A stretch of 64,000 nucleotides of DNA from NCBI GenBank assembly GCA_045807565.1, contig JBJMHD010000125.1, positions 22,254 to 86,253 on the forward strand, in the 5' to 3' direction. Of the stretch, positions 18,620 to 27,505 are shown in pieces. The notes beneath the pieces were generated by a model. That model had not been told where the DNA came from, ran no database searches, and saw only the letters and a program-made list of their open reading frames with translations. Position numbers and translations under genes: made by a program. Each line of letters starts with the position of its first letter. Position 1 is the first letter of the stretch. The stretch is from Acidimicrobiales bacterium. Lineage in GTDB: Bacteria > Actinomycetota > Acidimicrobiia > Acidimicrobiales > VFJN01.

Positions 18620-19423
18620 ATGCGCGCCCCGCGGGCTCTCGCCGTGCTCGTGGCCGTCGCCCTGCTCGTGTCGTGCGGCGGCGACGACACCGAGACCGAC
18701 AGCGAGGGCTCCACCCCGGCCACGGCGTCGACGCAGGAGCTCGACGGCACGCTCACCGTGCTCGCCGCCACCTCGTTGCAGGGCGCCTTCGCGGACATCG
18801 AGGCGGCGTTCGAGGATGCGCACCCGGACGTGGACGTCCAGGTCAGCACGGACGGGTCCGCCAACCTCGCCACCGCGATCATCGAGGGGGGCGTCCCCGC
18901 CGACGTGTTCGCATCCGCCGACGAGCAGAACCTCGAGCGGGTGGTCGACGCCGGGCTCGCCGAGGAGGGGGCCGCCGAGGCCTTCGTCGCGAACCGTCTG
19001 CAGATCGTGGTGGAGGAGGGCAACCCGCTCGGGATCGAGTCCCTCGAGGACCTCACCGACCCGGACGTCTCGGTGTCGCTGTGCCAGCCCGACGTGCCGT
19101 GCGGCAGGTACGCCGAGGCGGCGTTCGCCGCCGCCGGCCTCGCCGTCCCGCCCGCTGGTGAGGAGGACAAGGTCTCGGGTGTGGTCCGGAAGGTTGCCCT
19201 GGGGGAAGCGGACGCCGGCATCGTGTACGTCACCGACGTGCTGGCGGCCGACGACGACGTGGATGGCGTCGACCTCGCCGACGACGAGCAGGTGACGGCC
19301 ACCTACCCGGCCTCGGTGCTCTCGGATGCACCGAACCCCACGGCGGCTCGGGCCTTCGTGGCCTACCTCTCCGGCGCCGATGCGCAGGAGATCTTCGAGC
19401 GGTACGGCTTCGAGGTCCCGTGA
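18620..19423 (+). CDS. modA: molybdate ABC transporter substrate-binding lipoprotein
   Basis: Lipobox LLVSC. LTVLAATSLQGAF...VFASAD...YVTDV, typical of ModA. Confidence 0.9.
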   Translation: MRAPRALAVLVAVALLVSCGGDDTETDSEGSTPATASTQELDGTLTVLAATSLQGAFADIEAAFEDAHPDVDVQVSTDGSANLATAIIEGGVPADVFASADEQNLERVVDAGLAEEGAAEAFVANRLQIVVEEGNPLGIESLEDLTDPDVSVSLCQPDVPCGRYAEAAFAAAGLAVPPAGEEDKVSGVVRKVALGEADAGIVYVTDVLAADDDVDGVDLADDEQVTATYPASVLSDAPNPTAARAFVAYLSGADAQEIFERYGFEVP

Positions 19424-20217
19424 GCAGGCGCCGCGGTCGCGCCTTGCCCCTGGCCCTCGGCGTCGCCGGCGCCCTCGCCCTCGCCGTCCTCATCGTCCTC
19501 CCGTTGCTCGCCCTCGTGATCCGGGCACCGTGGGGCGAGGCGATCGACGTGCTCACCACGGAGGAGGTCCGGGACGCGCTGGGCCTCTCGCTCATCGTGT
19601 CGCTGTGGGCCCTCGGCCTGGCCGTGCTGTTCGGGTTCCCGATGGCGTGGGTCCTCGCCCGGTCCACCTTCCCGGGTCGATCGTTGCTCCGAGCCCTCGT
19701 CCTGCTCCCGATGGTCGTGCCGCCGGTGATCGGTGGCGTCGCGCTCCTCGTCGCCTTCGGCCGCCGGGGCGTCATCGGCCAGCACCTCGACGAGTGGTTC
19801 GACGTGCGGCTGGCGTACACCCGCACCGCGGCCATCCTGGCGGCCACCTTCGTGAGCCTCCCGTTCTTCGTGGTGACGGTGGAGGCGGCGCTGCGCGGGG
19901 GCGATCGGCGCTACGAGGATGCGGCGCGCACCCTCGGCGCGTCACCCGGGTTCGTGCTGCGCCACATCACCCTCCCGTCGATCCGAGGTGCGATCGGGGC
20001 AGGTGCAGCGCTGGCCTGGGCGCGGGCGCTCGGCGAGTTCGGGGCCACGGTCACCTTCGCCGGCAGCTTCGCCGGGACGACGCAGACGATGCCCTTGGCG
20101 ATCTACGACCTCTTGGACTCCGACGTGCACGCCGCGATCCTGCTCAGCCTGCTGCTGCTGGCGGTGTCGGTCGCGGTGCTGGCGCTGCTCCGTGACCGTT
20201 GGCTGGGCGCGCCGTGA
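19420..20217 (+). CDS. modB: molybdate ABC transporter permease
   Basis: GTGA overlap with modA. EAA-loop region EDAARTLGASPGFVLRHITLP. Confidence 0.9.
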   Translation: MSRRRGRALPLALGVAGALALAVLIVLPLLALVIRAPWGEAIDVLTTEEVRDALGLSLIVSLWALGLAVLFGFPMAWVLARSTFPGRSLLRALVLLPMVVPPVIGGVALLVAFGRRGVIGQHLDEWFDVRLAYTRTAAILAATFVSLPFFVVTVEAALRGGDRRYEDAARTLGASPGFVLRHITLPSIRGAIGAGAALAWARALGEFGATVTFAGSFAGTTQTMPLAIYDLLDSDVHAAILLSLLLLAVSVAVLALLRDRWLGAP

Positions 20218-21272
20218 CGGCGCTGACGGTCAAGGGCGCCACCCGCGTCGGTGCGCTTGAGGTCACCGTCGACCTCTCGGTCGCGTCGGGCGAGACGCTG
20301 GCGGTGCTCGGACCGAACGGCGCGGGCAAGACCACGCTCCTGCGCGCCGTCGCCGGACTGGTGCCGCTCACCCGGGGCACCATCACGCTCGAGGGTCGCG
20401 TGCTGGACGACCCGTCGCGCGACGTGTTCGTCCCCGCCGAGGACCGCGCCATCGCGGTGGTGTTCCAGGACCTGCTGCTGTTCCCCGGGCTCGACGTCCT
20501 CGACAACGTCGCGTTCGGGCGACGGGCCCGCGGCGCGCGCCGCGCCCCCGCCCGACGAGAGGCACAGGGGTGGCTCGACCGGCTCGGCCTGGGCGACCGC
20601 AGCCACGACGCCGTACGGGACCTCTCGGGCGGGGAGGCCCAGCGGGTGGCGCTCGCCCGGGCGCTGGCCGCCGCTCCCAAGGCACTGCTGCTCGACGAAC
20701 CCCTGTCGGCGCTGGATGCCGACGTGCGCGCCACCGTGCGGCGGGATCTGCGCGACCACCTGCGCCACCACGAGGGCCCACGGATCCTCGTCACCCACGA
20801 CCCCCTCGACGCGGCGGTTCTGGCTGACCGGGTGGTGGTCCTCGAGCAGGGGGCGATCACGGCCGACGGGCAGCTCGCAGACCTGGTGGCGCACCCCCGC
20901 TCACGCTGGGCGGCCGAGCTCGCCGGCGTGAACCTGCTCGAAGCGACCGCGGTCGGCATCGAGCTGCGGATCCGTTCCGGAGGGGCCCTGGTGGCGGCCG
21001 AACCACCCGGCGACGGGCCGGTGCTCGTGGCGGTGCGTCCCTCCTCGGTCGCGCTCCATGCCGGCTGCCCGGAGGGCTCGCCCCGCAACGTCTGGCAGGC
21101 GACCGTGGCCGAGGTGGAGGGGTTCGGGGAGCGCAGGAGGATCCGGCTCGACGGGCGCATCCCGATCGTCGCCGAGGTCACCATCGACGCGGCGACCGCA
21201 CTCGGGCTCGCGCCCGGTGCTCCGGTGTGGGCCAGCGTGAAGGCGACCGAGGTGACGGCGTACCCGGTCTGA
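20214..21272 (+). CDS. modC: molybdate ABC transporter ATP-binding protein with C-terminal TOBE-like domain
   Basis: GTG 20214 overlaps the modB TGA. Walker A GPNGAGKTT, signature LSGGEAQRVALARAL, Walker B LLLDEP. Confidence 0.9.
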   Translation: MTALTVKGATRVGALEVTVDLSVASGETLAVLGPNGAGKTTLLRAVAGLVPLTRGTITLEGRVLDDPSRDVFVPAEDRAIAVVFQDLLLFPGLDVLDNVAFGRRARGARRAPARREAQGWLDRLGLGDRSHDAVRDLSGGEAQRVALARALAAAPKALLLDEPLSALDADVRATVRRDLRDHLRHHEGPRILVTHDPLDAAVLADRVVVLEQGAITADGQLADLVAHPRSRWAAELAGVNLLEATAVGIELRIRSGGALVAAEPPGDGPVLVAVRPSSVALHAGCPEGSPRNVWQATVAEVEGFGERRRIRLDGRIPIVAEVTIDAATALGLAPGAPVWASVKATEVTAYPV

Positions 21273-21277
21273 CCGGA

Positions 21278-23293
21278 TCAGGTGCCCAGCAGCTCCGGGA
21301 GCACGACCTCGCTCGCGAACCGCTCGCGCACCTTCGGGGCGAGGTGCACGCCGTCGGGGCGGCCGTCGGCACCCTCGAGGTGCAGCCCGACGAGCCATGG
21401 CTGCAGGTCGACGTGGTCGACGCCGAGGGAGCGGACCAGCTCCCGCAGCGCGACCCACCGACGCGGATCGTTGAGGTCGGTGGGGAAGCGACCCCAGCCC
21501 AGGTGGAGGTCGGCGGGCAGGATCCACACGACGCGGGCGCCGCGGTCCTCCACGTCCGCGGCGAAGGCTCGGTAGGCATCGCCGATCAGCTCGCGGCCCT
21601 CCGGGTCCAGGACCGAGACGACGTGACCATCAGGGAGGTGGATGTCGGTGCCGTCCCACGCGCCGATGCTGACGAGGACGACGTCGATCTGCTCGGCCGT
21701 CACCCGCTCCCGCGCCGACTGCCACTGCGCCACGCAACCGCTGAGGTCGGTCATCGCCGTGCCCCCGTCTGCCGTCGCGCTCTCGTGCATGCGGCCGTCC
21801 GAACCGGCCGAGAGGCCGCAGCCGCCGAAGGCAGCGCTCGCGACGGCCAGCTCGGTGGGACGAACCGCCGCCTGGCCGATGAGCGTGTCGGCGAGCTGCA
21901 CCGCCGTGCTGTCGCCGAGGACCAGCACCCGCTCCGGACCGGCGGCGGCCCTCACGGTCGACGGTCGGGCGAGGGCGCGCGCCCGCCGGGAGCCGCCGAT
22001 GGCGGTGGAGCCAGCGGACCGCGCGGCGCGGGCGTCGAGGTCGTCGCCCGGCACGACCCGGTTGAGCGTGGTCGGAGGGGGCGGAAGGGTCACCACGGAT
22101 GCCTCGGCCACCCGTTCGGTGGTGGGGGCGTGGCCACCGGTGAGGACGAGCGCGCACAGGAGCAGGGTGGCGACGACCATCGCCGGTGCCCATCGCCAGG
22201 TGACGCGCGGTGAACGCCGGATGGGCTGCTCGAGCCAGTGGTGCGACACGGCGGCGAGCCCGACGGCGACCAGCACGCACAGGGCGTCACGGGCGGGGCC
22301 GACCAGCCCGAACCGCGGGGGAGCGAGCAGGAGGATCACCGGCCAGTGCCAGAGGTAGATCCCGTAGCTCCGGTCGCCGACCCACCGCAGTGCCGGGTGG
22401 GCGAGCCGTCCCCCGTCCGGTTGCTGGGCGACCCACATCACCACCACCGCCATCGCGACGGCGAAGGTGGGGAAGCCCCACCAGTACAGCCAGGTCGAAC
22501 CCTCGTCGCTGAGCAGCACGATGGCCGCGGCCGTCGCGGCTGCCGGTGCGGCCGCGAGACGGACGACCCGGCCGATCCAGGGGCGCTCCGCCGCCGCGAT
22601 CGACGCCACCGCGGCCGCGGCACCGAACAGGAGGCTGTGGGCCCGCGCACCGGTGTGCACGTAGGTGTCGGTGAGGCTCGCCGGGTCGAACAGCACGATC
22701 ATCGTGACGACCGACGCGGCGGCCAGACCGAGGGCGACGGCGGCGATGGCACGGGCGCGTCCGCCCAGGCGCACGACGAGGAGCAGCACGAGCGGCCACA
22801 CCAGGTAGAACTGCTCCTCCACCGCGAGCGACCAGAAGTGGGCCACCGGTGATGCCTCGCCGAACCGGGCCCAGTAGTCCCCGCCGCTGGAGATGATCCC
22901 CCAGTTGGCCGCCCAGCCCAGGGCGAAGAGCACGTCCCGCTGCAGCGAGCCGGCCACGTCGATCCGCAGCGCGGTCCACAGCACCGTGATCACGACGATC
23001 GTGACCGCGCTGGCCGGCAGGAGCCGGCGCACCCGTGCGGACCAGAAGGAGGAGAGGTCGATCGTCCTGCGGTCGGTGTCGGTGGCGGCCAGGAGCGACC
23101 GCGTGATCACCCACCCGGAGATCACGAAGAAGGCGTCGACGCCGAGGTTCCCGCCCGGGAGACGGTCAAGGTGGAAGGCGACCACGGCCGCGACGGCGAC
23201 AGCCCGCAGGCCATCGAGACCTGGGCGTCGCTCGAGTCGCCAGCGCCCGCCCGGTCCGCCCTTCTGTCCCCCCTCGGGGCCGTGGTGTTGCAT
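21278..23293 (-). CDS. acyltransferase family 3 membrane protein with C-terminal SGNH-like domain (OatA-like O-acyltransferase)
   Basis: 671 aa. GLDGLRAVAVAAVVAFH...GVDAFFVISGW N-terminus, about 10 TM segments, C-terminal VLVLGDSTA (SGNH block I). Confidence 0.85.
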   Translation of the reverse strand: MQHHGPEGGQKGGPGGRWRLERRPGLDGLRAVAVAAVVAFHLDRLPGGNLGVDAFFVISGWVITRSLLAATDTDRRTIDLSSFWSARVRRLLPASAVTIVVITVLWTALRIDVAGSLQRDVLFALGWAANWGIISSGGDYWARFGEASPVAHFWSLAVEEQFYLVWPLVLLLVVRLGGRARAIAAVALGLAAASVVTMIVLFDPASLTDTYVHTGARAHSLLFGAAAAVASIAAAERPWIGRVVRLAAAPAAATAAAIVLLSDEGSTWLYWWGFPTFAVAMAVVVMWVAQQPDGGRLAHPALRWVGDRSYGIYLWHWPVILLLAPPRFGLVGPARDALCVLVAVGLAAVSHHWLEQPIRRSPRVTWRWAPAMVVATLLLCALVLTGGHAPTTERVAEASVVTLPPPPTTLNRVVPGDDLDARAARSAGSTAIGGSRRARALARPSTVRAAAGPERVLVLGDSTAVQLADTLIGQAAVRPTELAVASAAFGGCGLSAGSDGRMHESATADGGTAMTDLSGCVAQWQSARERVTAEQIDVVLVSIGAWDGTDIHLPDGHVVSVLDPEGRELIGDAYRAFAADVEDRGARVVWILPADLHLGWGRFPTDLNDPRRWVALRELVRSLGVDHVDLQPWLVGLHLEGADGRPDGVHLAPKVRERFASEVVLPELLGT

Positions 23294-23323
23294 CGGTCGC
23301 GAGCACGATAACCCCGGCCCGGG

Positions 23324-24535
23324 CTATTTGAACTGGGCCAGCGCCGCATCCGCCTCGGGCTCGAGGAACAGCACGGACCCGGCTTGGTTGCTGCCCAGCC
23401 GGGTCGGCAGCTCGACCGGCGCCGGGTCCAGCGCACGGAGCCGCCAGGCGAACTTGAGCGCCTCCCAGAACCCGAGGGTGTCGTCGACGCGCAGGCCCCC
23501 GGCTGCGTCGCCCGCCGCCCGGGCCAGGGTGACCGGGTTCTTCACGTCGCCGAGCTCGCTGAAGACGGCCTTCAGGAACTGCTGCTGCCGCTTCACGCGG
23601 CCCAGGTCGCCCGTGGCGTCGGGCACCTCCCGGCCGTCGATGACCTCGACGTAGTGGCGCGACCGCACGTAGGCGAGGGCTTGCGGGCCGTCGAGGTGGA
23701 CCGGACCGGCCTGCTTCACGTCGAGGCCGGAGTTCCGGTCGAAGGCCGGGTGCTCGAACCCGATCGTGATGCCCCCCAGGGCGTCGACGAGCTTCGCGAA
23801 GCTCACGAAGTCGACCTCGAGGTACTGGTGCACGGGGACGCCCAGCGACTGCTGCACCGTCTTGACGAGCCGGCTGGGGCCGCCGTTGTAGGCGGCGTTG
23901 ATCTTCTGCGAGCCGCCGGTGTCGGCGATGGGGAGGTACAGGTCGCGGGGGATCGACATCATCTTCGCCTCGCCGTCGACGAAGCGGAGCAGCATCATCG
24001 TGTCGGAGCGCTGCCCGCCGCCGTCGGCGAACGCGGCGGGATCGAGGCCGGCGTCCACCAGGTCCTCGAGGTCGCGGGAGTCCGAGCCGACGATCAGGTA
24101 GTTCGTGCCGCTGCCACTGCTCGCGCTGAGCACGTCGGCGAGCGGGATCTTCTCGATGCGGTCGTACACCGACTTCGCATAGAGGTAGCCACCGACGGCG
24201 GCGGCGAGGAGGAGCACCGGGAGGAGGAGGCCGGTGAGGAGCAGGATGCGGCGGAGCTTCGGGCGCTTGCGGCTCTTCTTCGGAGACGACGTGGGCCGCG
24301 GCTTCGCCGGTGCGCTCGCCGGCCGGTTCGGGGGCCGCGACGCCGGCGTGGGCTTGGGGGCGGGCTTGGGCGCCGCCTGCGGGCGGGCGGGGGCGTCGTA
24401 CACCGACGAGCCGGGGCGAGGGTCGGCGGCCACGGAGGCGCGCCGCGGCGCGGCGGTCCGGCCGGCGGCCGCGCCGGAGTCGGGCGCCGGGATGTGGACC
24501 TTGCGCTCGTCGCGCCGGGGGGAGGGGTCGACCAC
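23324..24535 (-). CDS. LCP (LytR-CpsA-Psr) family cell-envelope glycopolymer transferase
   Basis: Pro/Ala-rich cytoplasmic tail, one TM segment, then NYLIVGSDSR...RSDTMMLLRF...SIPRDLY...KINAAY. Start set to GTG 24535 to avoid overlapping the divergent gene; it is uncertain. Confidence 0.8.
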   Translation of the reverse strand: MVDPSPRRDERKVHIPAPDSGAAAGRTAAPRRASVAADPRPGSSVYDAPARPQAAPKPAPKPTPASRPPNRPASAPAKPRPTSSPKKSRKRPKLRRILLLTGLLLPVLLLAAAVGGYLYAKSVYDRIEKIPLADVLSASSGSGTNYLIVGSDSRDLEDLVDAGLDPAAFADGGGQRSDTMMLLRFVDGEAKMMSIPRDLYLPIADTGGSQKINAAYNGGPSRLVKTVQQSLGVPVHQYLEVDFVSFAKLVDALGGITIGFEHPAFDRNSGLDVKQAGPVHLDGPQALAYVRSRHYVEVIDGREVPDATGDLGRVKRQQQFLKAVFSELGDVKNPVTLARAAGDAAGGLRVDDTLGFWEALKFAWRLRALDPAPVELPTRLGSNQAGSVLFLEPEADAALAQFK

Positions 24536-24572
24536 GGGAAGATGAGGGTACTTCCGTGCGAGACTCCAGCTG

Positions 24573-25094
24573 ATGTCAAGCTGGGAGATCGACGAGGACG
24601 ACTGGCCCGACCCCGGAGCGTCCAGCGAGATCCTCATCGTCGACGACGACGCCAGCATCCGAGCGATGCTGGGCTTCGTGTTCGACGACGCCGGCTACAC
24701 GGTGGTGGAGGCGGCGGACGGCGCCGAGGCCCTCGAGGCGCTGCGCGGCTCGCCGCCGGCCCTGATGGTGCTGGACCTGATGATGCCGGGCATCGACGGC
24801 GTCGAGGTGCTGCGTCGGCGCGAGGCCGAGGCGTTGGCGCCAGAGACGCGCGTGCTCATCCTCACCGCCAAGCTCGACACCAAGGATGCCGTGTGGTGCT
24901 GGGAGCTGGGCGCCGACGAGTACGTCACGAAGCCCGTCGACCCCGACCAGCTCCTCCGCAACGGCCTGGCCCTGCTGAAGCTCACCCCCGACGACCTCCG
25001 CCACAACCGTGAGGTGGGGTTGGCCGAGGCGCGCCGGCTCGACGCGCTGGAGGCCGCCTTGCGGCCGGGGATCAGCCGCTGGGGTCGTTCGTAG
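24573..25094 (+). CDS. single-domain response regulator (receiver only plus short tail)
   Basis: ILIVDDDASIR, phospho-acceptor context LMVLDLMMPGIDG, LTAK, KP. No DNA-binding output domain. Confidence 0.85.
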   Translation: MSSWEIDEDDWPDPGASSEILIVDDDASIRAMLGFVFDDAGYTVVEAADGAEALEALRGSPPALMVLDLMMPGIDGVEVLRRREAEALAPETRVLILTAKLDTKDAVWCWELGADEYVTKPVDPDQLLRNGLALLKLTPDDLRHNREVGLAEARRLDALEAALRPGISRWGRS

Positions 25095-25128
25095 AGCGGT
25101 TCGTAGCGCGGTTCGCAGCGCGGGTCCG

Positions 25129-25533
25129 CTACTCGGCGTCGGGCTGGAGCTGGAGCGACGCGGAGTTCATGCAGTAGCGCTCGCCGGTGGGGCCGGGCCC
25201 GTCCGGGAACACGTGCCCGAGGTGGGCGTCGCAGCGGGCGCAGCGCACCTCGGTGCGCGCCATGCCGTGGCTCGAGTCCGTGACCAGGCGGACCCGTTCC
25301 ATCGCCATCGGCTCCGTGAAGCTCGGCCAGCCGCTGCCGGAGTCGTACTTGGTGTCGCTGCGGAACAGCTCGGTGTCGCACACGACGCACCGGTACGTGC
25401 CGGGTTCCTTCGTGTTCCAGTACACGCCGGTGAACGCCCGCTCCGTGCCGCCCTTCTGGGTCACCTCGTACTGCAGGTCGCTGAGCCGCTCGCGCAGCTC
25501 GTCATCGGTCGGGAGCTCGGCCTCGTCGCTCAT
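25129..25533 (-). CDS. msrB: peptide-methionine (R)-S-oxide reductase
   Basis: Start reset to MSDEAEL. Two CxxC pairs ([21 protein letters not shown]) and the GWPSF / RYCMNS catalytic motifs. Confidence 0.95.
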   Translation of the reverse strand: MSDEAELPTDDELRERLSDLQYEVTQKGGTERAFTGVYWNTKEPGTYRCVVCDTELFRSDTKYDSGSGWPSFTEPMAMERVRLVTDSSHGMARTEVRCARCDAHLGHVFPDGPGPTGERYCMNSASLQLQPDAE

Positions 25534-25552
25534 GGGACCAGTCTGCCCGCGA

Positions 25553-26119
25553 TCAGGCCGACTGGTGCCGCAGGGCCCACACGAGCCGTTCGACCACAGG
25601 TCGCACCGGGGGCGTCGCCACGTGCTCGATCGCCTCCAGCGTGCAGAACGCATCGGTGCCGTGAGCCCGCCCCTGCAACGAGATCACCAGGCTGCACACG
25701 CCCTCGCCCTCCACGGGCAGCAGCGCTTCGAGGATGGCGCACGACCGATCGATGTACGTGACGTCGCCGATGCGGTGGCAGGCGTCGACGAGCCGGGCGA
25801 ACGCCTCGTCGGGTGGGACCGCCAGGTGCACGGTGTCGCCGTCGAGGACCTCCGGTGGCTCGTGCAGCGGCTCTCGCGCCGCGGCCGGTTCCGGCGGCGG
25901 CGGAGCAGACGGCGTCGGCGGGCGCTCCGCGAGCCGTCCCTGTCGGTGGGCGCGCTCGAGGGTGGCGTAGGCCTCGGTGACCATCGCGGCACGAGCGGGA
26001 TCACCGCCGGCACGGTCGGGGTGGCTCGCGGCGATCTGGGCTCGGTACGCGATCCGGACCTCCGTCCACGACGGCGCCGGCCCGAGGCCCAGCTCCTGGC
26101 GCGCGACGGCGACGTCCAC
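25553..26119 (-). CDS. J-domain (DnaJ-like) protein with uncharacterised C-terminal domain
   Basis: GTG 26119 lies 3 nt after the upstream stop. J-domain with HPD ([12 protein letters not shown]), Pro-rich linker, then a ~95-aa Cys/His-containing domain. The rest of listed ORF 25553..27430 is an artefact. Confidence 0.75.
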   Translation of the reverse strand: MDVAVARQELGLGPAPSWTEVRIAYRAQIAASHPDRAGGDPARAAMVTEAYATLERAHRQGRLAERPPTPSAPPPPEPAAAREPLHEPPEVLDGDTVHLAVPPDEAFARLVDACHRIGDVTYIDRSCAILEALLPVEGEGVCSLVISLQGRAHGTDAFCTLEAIEHVATPPVRPVVERLVWALRHQSA

Positions 26120-26121
26120 GG

Positions 26122-27405
26122 TCAGTCGGCAGGGGAGAGGAACGCCGCCATCATCGCGGCGTACCGGGGTGGGTCCAGGGCACCGCACAGCTCGCGCGCG
26201 GCGTGCATCGCCAGCTGCGGCGCGCCCACGTCGACGGTGCTGATCCCCATCCCGGCCGCGGTGATCGGACCGATGGTGGACCCGCACGGGAGGTCGCTGC
26301 GGTGGGCGTAGCGCTGCAGCGGGACAGCAGCCTGCTCGCAGGCGAGCACGAGTGCCGCGGCGCTGGCGGCGTCGCTCGCGTAGCGCACGTTGCTGTTCAC
26401 CTTGAGGACCGGGCCGCCGTTGATCGCGATCTGGTGACCGGGCTCGTGCTTGTCGGCGTAGTTGGGGTGGGTGGCGTGGGCCATGTCCGCCGAGCAGCAC
26501 AGCGACCGCGCTCGCGCGCGCAGGTGCTCGTCGCGCCCGCCACCGAGCGACAGCGCGATCCGCTCGGTGATGGTCGGCAGCAGGGTCGAGGCCGCGCCTC
26601 GATCGGAGGTCGAGCCGATCTCCTCGTGGTCGAACAGCACGAGCAGCGGGATCGGACCGTCGACGTTGCTGTCGGCCGCGACGGCGAGAAGCGCCTCGAG
26701 GCCGGCCCAGCTCGAGCAGAGGTTGTCGAGGCGCGGGGCGGAGACGAGCTCGTCCTCGGCGCCGGCGAGGGTGCTCGGGGTGACGTCGTGGACCATCAGA
26801 TCCCAGGCCAGCACGTCGGCGGGCGCCACCTCCAGCTCGTCCCCCAGGAACGCCGTGAAGGCGCCGGGGGTGACGTCGCCGATGCCCCACACGGGGCTCA
26901 GGTGCTGCTGGGGGTTGAGCAGGAGGCCGTTGGTCGAGATCTCCCGGTCGAGGTGGATGGCGAGCTGCGGCACGCGGAGGATCGGCCGGTCGACCCGGAG
27001 CAGGCGCTCGTGGGGGCCCTGATCGCCCCGAAGGACCACCCGGCCGGACAGGCCGAGGTCGCGGTCGAGCCACGAGTTCAGCAGGGCACCGCCGTACACC
27101 TCGACGGCCAGCTGGCGGTAGCCCGCCCGCCCGGTGTCCGGGAGCGGCTTCACGCGCAGGTTCGGGCTGTCGGTGTGGGCCCCGATGATCCGGAACGGAT
27201 CGCTGGCACGGTGCCGGGCGTTCGTGGCCCAGGCCACGAGGCTCCCGCCCCGACGGACGTAGTGGCGTCCGGGTCCGCTCGGCCAGGGGTCGGATTCGGA
27301 CAAGCGAGCGAAGCCGGCGGCCTCGAGCTGCGTGGCGGTCTCCTCGCAGGCGTGGAACGGCGAGGGCGAGGCGTCGATGAAGGCCAGCATCCGGCGAACG
27401 TCCAT
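26122..27405 (-). CDS. M18 family aminopeptidase (aspartyl aminopeptidase-like)
   Basis: 427 aa. FIDASPSPFHA, IIGAHTDSPNL, FDHEEIGS, SADMAHATHPNY. Confidence 0.9.
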   Translation of the reverse strand: MDVRRMLAFIDASPSPFHACEETATQLEAAGFARLSESDPWPSGPGRHYVRRGGSLVAWATNARHRASDPFRIIGAHTDSPNLRVKPLPDTGRAGYRQLAVEVYGGALLNSWLDRDLGLSGRVVLRGDQGPHERLLRVDRPILRVPQLAIHLDREISTNGLLLNPQQHLSPVWGIGDVTPGAFTAFLGDELEVAPADVLAWDLMVHDVTPSTLAGAEDELVSAPRLDNLCSSWAGLEALLAVAADSNVDGPIPLLVLFDHEEIGSTSDRGAASTLLPTITERIALSLGGGRDEHLRARARSLCCSADMAHATHPNYADKHEPGHQIAINGGPVLKVNSNVRYASDAASAAALVLACEQAAVPLQRYAHRSDLPCGSTIGPITAAGMGISTVDVGAPQLAMHAARELCGALDPPRYAAMMAAFLSPAD

Positions 27406-27505
27406 CGGCAGAGCCTGCCAGGCGGCTCAAGGTCGCCGTGGCACGAGCCGATCAGATCGGACAACGGGCGCGCTCGCACGGTCGCGGCGCGGCGGGAAGG
27501 ACCCC

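Noticed and set aside
25095-25128. Short direct repeats agcggttcgt / agcgcggttcgc / agcgcgggtccgc between the receiver gene and msrB
   Set aside because: These are three imperfect ~11-nt units in a 34-bp convergent gap. That is too short and degenerate to call a repeat element, and they probably just form a weak terminator region.
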